Shown in pieces: positions 53,690 through 64,000 of a DNA stretch of 64,000 nt. The notes beneath the pieces were generated by a model, which made no database searches, was not told the DNA's origin, and saw nothing but the letters and a program-made list of their open reading frames with translations. Made by a program: the position numbers and the translations under genes. The stretch lies in contig NC_086097.1 in NCBI RefSeq assembly GCF_963921235.1, positions 76,696,001-76,760,000 on the forward strand, written 5' to 3'. Numbering within the stretch: position 1 is the first letter of the stretch; each line of letters opens with the position of its first letter. The stretch is from Mobula hypostoma. Lineage: Eukaryota.

Positions 53690-53825
53690 ACAATGCTGAA
53701 ATTGGTCCTGAATTGCATTGACCGGCTAAACGCGTACCACAGTGCAGCACATTTTTCGGAGCTTGCTGGTGAAGAGGTTGGAGCAGCATGGAAAGATATT
53801 TTGAATTTGCTTTATGAACTACTAG
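53690..53825 (+). CDS. RYR3: RYR3 exon 14 equivalent: [45 protein letters not shown](A)
   Basis: acatcag| ... |gtaaag; 136 nt. Confidence 0.95.
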
Positions 53826-55695
53826 GTAAAGTTTCATGATTGCATGTTTCTGGTATATGAGGCCTGTGGATGAAGGATGAATGGGAGTTGTGAATTTGTT
53901 TCATTAGTCTCAGAAGAAATGAAAACTTGCCTTTAATAGTCTTTCAGGAATGCCAACGGCCCTTAGTGGGGAGATAGGTTCCATTAATTTTGTACACCTT
54001 TTCTCAAAAATACTTAATATAACTGGGATTCAAAATTCATGAACTTAAATCTGCAAAAAAGGACAGTACTGTGCTTTTGAAGACTGGCTTAATCTGGAGT
54101 AGAACCATCTTGACCTATCTCCTTCAGAGTCTGTACCAGTTGGAAAATTCATTTCCTCATTTCTCAAGACAGACTTTCATTGCTGATGTAAAACTTCCCC
54201 CAAGTAGCATCTTGAGTAGTACAACACACAATATTTGTCTGCACTAAGGTTTTCAACCTTATGTTTTTCAATAGTTTTTTAAATATATATTCTCAGAGAA
54301 AAGACAAACTTTGTTTCTTCTGAAACCACTTAAAGTACCAACACTCAAGTTGCATTGCTTGTCTTCACTGAAATCTGTGATCAGCCTCAATCTCAAGTGC
54401 AGTTTGACCGATTTTTCTATACGGCTCAGGTTATGGGAGCTCTCAGCTTCCTGTTCTGAGGATTATTTCAGGCTTCTTCTCCTAAGGTCTGCTCACCTCT
54501 GCATTCAGGAGGTAATGCTAATTCCATACTCTTCAACGTGGGAGAGTTGGTAGCTTACAGTGTGGATTGCCTCTGCTGTAAGCTTTCCGAAGGAGTCAAC
54601 GTTTATGTCCTTGCAACAACATCTTTTGAACCTCTTACTAGACATATGGCTGTAGGGTCTCTGCGACTTAGCAAATAAAGATCTTATTCCCTAAGGGCAG
54701 TGTTCCTTACAGACCTATCCAGATCCTACTGACTCCTTGGGAGGACTCACCATTTTTATCACCCATACCTGCAAATTATTGCAGTGTCTATGCACTCAAT
54801 GGCAAAAAGCCTCTGTGTCTGAAGGAAAGCTGTTGGTATTGGTGTATGCCCCTTTAAGAACTGGCTGCAATAATTGAACCTGCTAAGCCACATGCTGACG
54901 ACTGTAGGAATTTGAACACTTTCTTTTTCTCCCATGGAGTTTAGAATTGGGAACAACTTGGCACCCCAGAATAGCTTACTGAGAGCATTCAGGGTATCTA
55001 AATGCCTGGAAGAGGATGTTGGAAAATCCTTACAAGAGGTTGTACCCAGTGAGGGACTAAACATGTCGGGTCTAACTTTTCTAGAAGTCAAAAGGGCAAA
55101 GACCTGATATGTATGGCCGTAAATATAAACTGGAGAATGGAGATGCAGATATTAAGATATCCGATTGGGGACTTGTGTGAAATGTCTTTATGGAGCAGAC
55201 AAACAAAATTTAGAACTCACTGCTTGAAATGTACTTCAGGTACAGAAGTCTAAATAGAAAAGGGAACATTGAGCAGAAGTTATGCTAGAAGAGGGCTAGA
55301 TGAATTAGAATGAAAGAAAATGGGATGTGATCACCAGAATAAGTCAGGAGCAGCGACCTCTTTTTAAAGGGGGCAATGGTATAGGATGGTCAGTGGCAGT
55401 TGGGAAGCTACCAGCTGCAGGATGTTGCATCAGAACAAAAGGGACTAGTCCTTAGAAGAATATTGCTACTAAATAATTCTCAGTACAGCTATTACAAAAA
55501 TTGTTGAAATGAAAGGTACCCATGCTATTATTTAAAATATAATTATAATACAATCATATTTTGCCTTGCAGTGCATGAAGCAAATGGGTGGAATGAATGT
55601 TTATCTCCTGTATAATTTATTGTTGTTGTTTAAGAGGAAGTTTCTTTTGAGGATTTGAAGCTTTTGGATCCAATTCTTTATCTTCCTCCCTCCAG

Positions 55696-55791
55696 CTGCT
55701 CTCATACGTGGTAACCGAAGTAACTGTGCCATGTTTTCGAAAAACTTAGACTGGTTGATCAGTAAATTAGACAGACTGGAATCTTCATCAG
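55696..55791 (+). CDS. RYR3: RYR3 exon 15 equivalent: ALIRGNRSNCAMFSKNLDWLISKLDRLESSS(G)
   Basis: cctccag| ... |gtaatg; 96 nt. Confidence 0.97.
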
Positions 55792-57793
55792 GTAATGAAG
55801 CTTTCTGTTTGGGTGTAAATTCAAAACCTATTGTATTCTGATAAAATGAATGAAAATGTTGGTAACTCTTTTAAAAAAATAGAAAAAAATTGGAATCTCA
55901 CCAACCTTGTACCTTTATACACAACACCAAAAATATGAATAAATACATTTCATCTTAACCAAGACATACACTCACTTTGGTAGACACGTGCTTAACTTCC
56001 AAACACATTTAAGCTACACCCTGAAACGAGTTTTCATCGCTCATGCTATGTGAACAGAGATTAATACATTCTCATTCACATTCAGTCATGAAACAAAAAA
56101 GAAAGACAAAAATAAACTTTTACAATATATTGCCTTGTAGTTGAATTACTAATAAAAGACTAACCTAGTAGGCTGATAAGGAAATTTGCACATCCACGAC
56201 ATTCCAGAGTTGATCAATTTCAGCCAAGAAAATCTAAAGCATCCATGTGTAAAACATGTCAAATTACTGATACAGTATTCTAGATTTACGAACAAATATA
56301 AATGAATTTACATGGATATTATCAAATATTATTCACCTTTCCTCACCAAACCTGGGAAGGGCACTCGAACGTTGTTTCCGTAGAACATGGCAACTCTTTG
56401 CTCTGTTCTACCCGTGCATAATGACATCACCGGTTTCTCTTAAAGGCACAGGTAGCTATTTTGGCATTACCAGAGCATATACATAAGTGCACTTTAACAA
56501 TAAAAAAAATGATATTCAATGGTCACCTGGTTACATCCAGAACAGTTATTTTAATGATAAATAAACTCTATTATCTTACTCCAGCTTTTTCCGGTAAGGT
56601 TGTGAGAAAAAGAGCCTTAACAGATCTTACTCCATCCCTGCTCCCCCCACCCCACTTCACCAGAGCACGTCGGTGGTTCAGGTATTGGCATTGCACTTTC
56701 ATCCTCTACATCTTTCTCAGTGGAAGTTAGAAGAGGTTGCCAATTATAGTTGAAGGCATTCCCAGAATATTGATCATTTCATGTTCTGACCTTGTGATGC
56801 CTAATCACGTGGCCCCTGATTAGGCTTCCATTCCTTACTTCTTTTCTCCCCCAGTTATTTGCCTTGATAGCCCACAATCCTCATTATCCTTATTCACAAA
56901 GGTTCCAATTTACTTTTCTCCATTTTCTCTTTCCTATTTATGATTTCTGTCACATTCCTGGTAAAGTTCTGATGTGGAAAGTTTTCTTACACTCCCTAAG
57001 AATTCATTCTTTGCACCTAATTATCCCAGAGCTTTCATTCCATAGTCTCCAACTCTCCTCATCATTATTCATCAGTCTCTATCTCCCTTCAGCTTTGCAT
57101 TTCCTCAGTTTACACCCCATTCTGACATTCCTCTGGTTCTCTAATGTTGTGGAAACTTGATCTGTTTGCCTTGAGCTTCATCATCATATGACACTGACAT
57201 GGGAGCATGACAAGTGGGCTACAGGTTTGATTGAGTTGAGATTTGAGTCTTCCCAAGGTAATATGAACTTCTGTGCATCTCTATATCTGCACTGCTGGAT
57301 CTAAACGTTCAAAGTCCCCACTTGGTAAACAGTGTACTCTAAAATGACTAGAGATACTTGTATTCCTAGCCCAATGCATGCCATATAAATGGTGATGAAA
57401 TCATTCAAATACTGTGTGCATAGGATAAACTACTTGGGGTCCTGCAGATATTGTGTGGTTCCTGCAAGTGTAAAACTTGTTTCTCTGCATGTCAGATAGT
57501 CAGTCCTCTGGATCTTCAGGGGATGCAGTTATTTTGGAGATACCATCTGAAGTACAGCATCATCTGAGAAAAACCTGGTCTATTTCAGCTGATGGTTCAG
57601 TTGAATATTTGTAAATACATGAAAAAGCATTACAATTTGTTTGAACTTTTTTCCTCAGATAGCAAATCCCAATGAATAGACATTTAGCACTGTTATTTAA
57701 TAAATAGCTTTCACAATTCAAAAATGGTATTTATTTAATTCAGATATTTGTATCTGATCATCTTGTACATTTTCAACTCAATACTTTGACCAG

Positions 57794-57912
57794 GTATCCT
57801 GGAAGTGCTGCATTGCATCTTGATTGAAAGCCCAGAAGCACTCAATGTAATCAAAGAATGCCACATCAAATCCATCATTTCATTACTGGATAAACATGGA
57901 CGCAACCACAAG
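57794..57912 (+). CDS. RYR3: RYR3 exon 16 equivalent: [39 protein letters not shown]
   Basis: tgaccag| ... |gtgtgt; 119 nt. Confidence 0.97.
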
Positions 57913-58461
57913 GTGTGTACAAATCAGTTCAATTAACAATGGATAAACGCAATTATTTTCTACTAGTTCGAGTTGATTGAAGATTGTGTCACTATTTCAC
58001 TCAGAAACCTATATGGAATCTCAGTAGAAAATGGCAAATTACATTATAAATAATTAATTTAAAAAACTGAAGTAATTTGAAAATTAAATTGAAATGCAAG
58101 AGTCTGTGATGGAGTTGGCTTCATCTGCCAAGGACATAGAGTTATAGAACAATCAGGCACTCAGCCTAATAAATCCATGCTGAGGCATGGTGCACATCCA
58201 TCTAGTCCCAATTTCCTGTGTTCAGCCTCTAATCCTCCAAGCCCAGCCTCTGCAAATACCTGTCCAAGTATTTCTTATATTATACTATTATAATACAACT
58301 TCCCTGGCAGCTTGTTCCATATACCCACCACCTTCTGTGTGAAAAACATACCCCTCAGATCCCTTTTAAATCTTACCCCATCACCCAGTTTTGATTTCCT
58401 CTACCCTGCAGAAAAGACAGCTAATATCTACTTTATCTATGGCCCACATGATTTTATAATC

Positions 58462-59669
58462 TATGAAACTATGAAAATGGACAAGGGAGAGCCAGTGGAT
58501 GTAGTGTACCTGGACTTCCAGAAAGCCTTTGATAAAGTCCCACATAGGAGATTAGTGGGCAAAATTAGGGCACATAGTATTGGGGGCAGAGTACTGACAG
58601 GGATTGAAAATTGGCTGGCTGACAGGAAACAAAGAGTAGGGATTAATGGGTCCTTCTCGGAATGGCAGGCAGTGATTAGTGGGGTACTGCAAAGCTCGGT
58701 GCTGGGACCGCAGCTATTTAATGATTTAGATGAAGGGATTAAAAGTAACATTAGCAAATTTGCAGATGACACAAAGCTGGGTGGCAGTGTGAAATGTGAG
58801 GAGGATGTTATGAGAATGCAGGGTAACTTGGACAGGCTGGGTAAGTGGGCGGATGCATGACAGTTGCAGTTTAATGTGGATAAATGTGAGGTTATCCACT
58901 TTGGTGGTAAGAACAGGAAGGCAGATTATTATCTAAATGGAGTCACGTTAGGAAAAGGGGAAGCTCAACAAGATCAATCACTGAAAGCAAGCATGCAGGT
59001 ACAGCAGGCAGCGAAGAAAGCTAATGGCATGCTGGCATTCATAACAAGGGGAATTGTGTATAAGAGCAAGGAGGTCCTTCTGCAGCTGTACAAGGCCCTG
59101 GTGAGACCACACCTGGAGTATTGTGTGCAGTTTTGGTCTCCAAATTTGAGGAAGGACATTCTTGCTATTGAAGGAGTGCAGCGTAGGTTCACAAGGTTAA
59201 TTCCCGGGATGGCGGGACTGTCATATGTTGAAAGATTGGAATGACTGGGCTTGCATACACTGGAATTTAGAAGGATGAGAGGGGATCTGATTAAAACATA
59301 TAAGATTATTAAGGGATTGGACACAGTGGAGGCAGGAAGCATGTTCCCGCTGATGGGTGAGTCCAGAACCAGAAGCCACAGTTTAAGAATAAGGGGTAGG
59401 CCATTTAGAATGGAGTTGAGGAAAAACTTTTTCATCCAGAGAGTGGTGGATATGTGGAATGCTCTGCCCCAGAAGGCAGTGGAGGCCAAGTCGCTGGATG
59501 TTTAAAAGAAAGAGATGGATAGAGCTCTTAAAGATAGCGGAATCAAAGGTTTTGGGGATAAGGCAGGAACTGGATACTGATTGTGGATGATCAGCCATGA
59601 TCACAGTGAATGGCGGTGCTGGCTCAAAGGGCCAAATGGCCTACTCCTGCACCTATTTTCTATTGTCTA
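58462..59669 (+). mobile_element. Relatively young CR1 3' RT fragment with ttataatc TSD
   Basis: DVVYLDFQKAFDKVPHRRL, KFADDTKLGG, LVRPHLEYCVQFWSP; ctattgtcta tail. Confidence 0.92.
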
Positions 59670-60174
59670 TTATAATCCTCTGTAAAGTCATCTTTTGTTC
59701 TCCTGGTCAACCTCTCCCGGTATCTCGGGCTCCCTAGCCCTGGCAACAACCTCGTTGATCTTTTCTACAATTTCTTTCAATTTAACCATGTCTTTCCTAT
59801 AACAGGATGGCCAAAGTGCCAATAAAACACCAAGTGTGGCCTCACCAATGACTTATGTGATTGCAACATCGTGTTCCAACTACTATACTCAGTGCCCTGT
59901 CTGATGAAGGCCGCATGTTAAATGTCTTTTATACTACCCTGTCTAACCTGTATTGATGCATTCAATGAACTATGTACTTGTACTCTTAAGTCCTTCTGTT
60001 CCATTATACTCCCCAGTGCCCTATCATTCATAGTCTATTCTTCAACGGATTGTCTCTCCAAAATGCATCATCACATACTGATCGTTAATGAAATACATTT
60101 TCCACTCTTTGGCTCACTTCCCAAAAGCATAAGATCTCTCTGTATTCTGTAATAATCTTCTCTGCAATCACAAG

Positions 60175-60448
60175 CTGCTGCCAGGAAATGATACCACAGC
60201 ATTAAAGCCAGGACCAACAGACTCCAGGACAGCTTCTTCCACCAGGCCACCAGACTGATAAATTCACACGGACACAATTGTATTGCTAAGCTATATCGAT
60301 TGTTCTGTTTTATATCTTACTGTACATACTATTTATTACAAATTATTATAATTTGCACATTGCACACTCAAATGGAGATGTAATGTAAAGATTTTTACTC
60401 CTTGTGTATGTGAAGGATGTAAGAAATAAAGTCAATTCAGTTCAATTC
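60175..60448 (+). mobile_element. Rex1/Babar-like 3' fragment
   Basis: RTNRLQDSFFHQATRLIN; aataaa plus caatt-type tail. Confidence 0.7.
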
Positions 60449-61128
60449 AAAAAGACCTGCTAATTTCACACCATCTGAAAATTTTCTGATCAAACCTTGT
60501 GGATTTGCAACCAAATTATTTATACAAATAATGAATAACAAGGGTCCCAACACTGACTCCTGTGGCACTCCACTATTCACTGGCCTTGATTCTATGAAAA
60601 ACCTCCCACCACCACCCTCTATTTCCTGCCTCAGAGCCAATTTAGAATCCACATCACTAGTTCTCCCCAGGTTCCATGAAGCTCAACCACCAGATCAGTC
60701 TACCATGAGGGACCTTCTTGAAGTCCTTCTTGAAGTTATTTAGGAACTTCACTAGTAACTAACAATAATGCAAGTATCTTCTCAAGGGCATCTGCAATTT
60801 CTCCTCCAGCCTCCCATAAAGTCTGAAGATGCATTCGCTCAGGCCCTGAATATTTACCTACCTTAATGTGCTGTACGGTTTCAAATACTTCCTGCCTGGG
60901 AATACGAATGTTCTCCAAAACATTACCGCTTGTTTCCCTTTGAACATCCATGATTTTGCTCTGAGTAAATGTCAAAGAGAACTATTCATTAAAAAGTCCC
61001 AACCACCTCATGCAGCGCAAGACATACTGTAGGTAGCCCTGCTGATCTCCAACGAGACCTGCTCTCTCCCTATCCATCCTTTTATTCTTAACATAAATAC
61101 ACAACTTATCAGTATTTTGCTTAAACTT

Positions 61129-61271
61129 GCCCACCACTATCCTGATGAACGGTCTCACCCCGAAACATTGACTGTTTACTCTTTTCCACAGATGCTGCCC
61201 GGACTGCAGAGTTCCCCTAGCATTTTGTGTGTGTTGCTTGGATTTCCAGCATCTGCAGATCTTCTCATTTC
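61129..61271 (+). mobile_element. Very short Penelope-tail insertion starting just upstream of the hammerhead motif
   Basis: CTGATGA (61142-61148) and GAAA (61162-61165); taaactt TSD. Confidence 0.75.
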
Positions 61272-61889
61272 TAAACTTAATGTATTCTTTCTTCTTTTCC
61301 TCAATATCTCGTGCAAGGTTCACTAAACCTACCAAGTTTACCCTTCACCTAACAGGAACGTGCTGCTCCTGGACACTTGGTATCACATTCTTGAAAGCCT
61401 CCCACCGGCTATTTATTCCTTTCTCTTCAAACAGGCTCATCCAATTGACCACAAATTTAGCCCCATTGCAGTTTAGGACCCTAACCTGTAGACCTGATCT
61501 ATCCTTTTCCATCAATATCTTAAAAATAATGGAATTATGGTCACTAAGGCCAAAGTGCTCCCTAACCGTCACTTCAGTCACCTCATTCTCCAAGAGAAGG
61601 TTCAGTATTACACTGTCCCGACTGGTCCCTATATATATTGACACAGGAAACTTCCCTGAACATAAATTCCACTCCATTTGGGTCATTAATACTCTGGGTG
61701 GCCCAGTTAATATCGGGGAACTTAAAATATTCCAGTAGTACAACTTCATTCTTAAAACTACGAGCAATTTCTCTACACTCCTGCTCTTTAAGTTTCTGCT
61801 ATTTATTAGGGGTATCTGTAATATAGCCCCACTTAGTTCTAGGTCTACCCATATGGCCTTACCCTAAGAATGTCATCTCTAAATACTGC

Positions 61890-62082
61890 TACAGGTCCAC
61901 CTTCACTAATCCAACTACCTGTAATCCGGTTCCTTCGATAATCCGGCACTGATTACGCTTAATGTGATCCTTCTGTGATTCGGCATTTTCACTAATCCGG
62001 CACTCCTCAGGTCCCAGTGGTGCCGGATTAGTGAGGGTCCAGCACCATCGCGGTTTCCAGAGCCAGTCTATACTTTACCTGT
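61890..62082. mobile_element. Tc1/mariner-pogo (Tigger-like) MITE remnant
   Basis: TA-CAGGT start; repeated taatccggcac and inverted gtgccggattagtga. Confidence 0.5.
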
Positions 62083-63168
62083 TAAATCTTGTGCATTGAA
62101 ATAAATGCAGTTTAATCAAGTATTCCTTTCCCTGTCTACACTGTGTTTCTGACTATCTTGGTTTTTAAACTATTCCCCGGATTTGTTTCTGCTCAAAATC
62201 CTCCCTCAGCCCAGCCAGTGTAAACTTTCCCATGTACACTAGCAAATTCCCTGCAAGGATATTGGTCCCTCTCTGGTTCAAGTGCAACCTGTCCCTCTTG
62301 TACAGGTTGCCTCTACCCCAGAAGTGATCACAGTGGTTCCAGAACTTGAATCTCAGCCCGCTACACCAGCTCCTCAGCCACCAATTTTCTGGCCTATCTT
62401 TCTATTTCTGACCCTACTAGCACATGACACTAGGATTAATATGAAGATCATTACCCTTGAGATCCTTCTTACCTAATACCCTATACTCACTCTGTAGAAC
62501 TTGTACCACCAATGTTGTTCACCCCTTGTTATCAGGGAAAGTGAATCTTCCAGGCAGGCAATCGCTTTTCTGTAATTGTATAGAACAATCAACATGTCTG
62601 ACTCTATAGAGATCCTGGGTTTTGATGTGATAGATGTAGCCACAGCTGTGAGTCTGACCTTGAATCCTAGACTGCACTCATAATGCAATCACTTTGAAAC
62701 TACTGCATTTTTACTTGTAGCCTAAATTTTGACTATCCTAGCAAAGCATTGCAGTAGAATGAACAGTGTTTGAGGCAGATTCATTAAAGCAGATGATACA
62801 ACTTGACGAAAATGCTCTGCTAGAACCATTAATTGGAAATATGCATGGCTCAAGGCCTTCTCTGCTTACTAAGGTAATGTAACCCAAATGCATTTCCCTA
62901 ATGAAATGCAAGTCAAGCCCTTGATATTCAGCGCGGTGGAGTGGAGAGAAGTTAGATACAGAGGATGCTGATGCTGGTTGGTGCCTCACGTTACAAGAGA
63001 AACCCAAGGCATATTTGAATCTTAAACCTGAAAACCCACCACCTCACTTCCTGGGGCAAGTTGGAAATTGCTCATCCGGAACAATACGGTGATAGTTATT
63101 TGGAATGTGTAACTCTTCTACGTTCTATTCCATACTATTCAGATCATGTCATGCATTGCTCTGCCTAG

Positions 63169-63302
63169 GTGCTGGACGTGCTGTGCTCTCTTTGTGTGTG
63201 CAATGGTGTTGCTATACGAGCTAATCAGAATCTGATATGTGACAATCTGCTCCCTCATCGTGATTTACTTCTGCAAACTCGCATAGTTAACAGGGTAACA
63301 AG
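63169..63302 (+). CDS. RYR3: RYR3 exon 17 equivalent: [44 protein letters not shown]
   Basis: tgcctag| ... AG|gtaatg; 134 nt. Confidence 0.96.
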
Positions 63303-64000
63303 GTAATGTAGACATTTCTATTTTAAAAAAGGAAATAATGCATATAATTTTGTTTGTACTTTTCCACTTACCAGGAGCATTCAACTTCATAGATGAGTTT
63401 GAATAATAACAGACCTAGAATTTTTCACAATGTTGTTTTCACTCCATGGTGTGTACCAATGCAAAATAGACATTTTATGCATATTCAATCTGTTTGCCTT
63501 ATGGCTTGGATATTTGGCTTTAGTGAGGACTAGTGAATCCTATCATGTTTGTGTCAATTTTTGCAACATCTTTCTGAATCTACCACTGGATTGCTTGTTT
63601 TCAATCTATATTTCTCTGCAGTAAGTGTCATATTTCAGTGATTTGAGCTAAGGAAAAAATGAAGAACCTAAATTTTAAATAAATGAAAAAAAGGTACAGT
63701 ATTTTCCCAGAATTAATTCAGATGACATAACTGAGACAGATATTAACTTAGATCATACTAGTTTTTCTTCTGATTGGAGAATAGTCAGACTGTGAACAGA
63801 TCTCCTTCCTTTCTGCATTAAAAGGGAAGATCAAGGTGAAATTCCAAGGTTGTACCATTTCCAGAACTCTGTGGAGCTCTTAGTTGCTGAGAGGAATATG
63901 TATCCAATCACCAGGCCACCCTATTTCCATTGGACATACTAGGTTAACATTTCCCCATGATAATTCAGAAATAAGTCAGAGATAAACGCTGGCCTTTTTG

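Larger units (their letters stand above)
58134..62470 (-). mobile_element. Long decayed minus-strand CR1 hosting several later insertions
   Basis: 3' tail at 58134; SGVPQESVLGPLLFII, REHFGLSDHNSIIFK; ORF1-like remains near 62200-62470. Confidence 0.8.

Noticed and set aside
56380..56411. 8-bp hairpin gtagaaca/tgttctac
   Set aside because: Too short to exceed chance, and the surrounding sequence could not be classified.
57791..57802. cag|GTATCCTG resembling a U12 donor
   Set aside because: It is the coding start of the exon (G-I-L), not an intron boundary.
58312..59505. RT ORFs as an active or domesticated gene
   Set aside because: 5'-truncated CR1 with in-frame stops and small deletions.

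Overview
Eukaryotic, intron-rich vertebrate DNA. The repeat mix (CR1 with esterase ORF1, Penelope with hammerhead tails, Rex1/Babar, HE1-type SINE) suggests a cartilaginous fish, which is an inference. The whole window lies inside one plus-strand ryanodine receptor gene, most likely RYR3. Fifteen conventional exons (equivalent to human RYR3 exons 3-17) can be read with AG/GT boundaries and compatible phases from 9067 to 63302; the start and the rest of the gene lie outside the window. The main finding is in the 23-kb intron after exon 3. It holds a 21-nt (PIDFTKW) and a 15-nt (RFMIK) micro-exon matching RYR2 exons 4 and 5 (QVDVEKW, KFMMK), an insert usually considered RYR2-specific. It also holds two further frame-preserving candidate cassettes that I do not recognise from any RyR: 51 nt (GSIKRSSISAKKKKSLR) and 21 nt (LLKSIPR). 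The other intronic sequence is largely decayed, often nested retroelements, one with an intact-looking minimal hammerhead ribozyme. Comparisons to human RyRs and repeat families are from memory, not from searches, and repeat boundaries are approximate.
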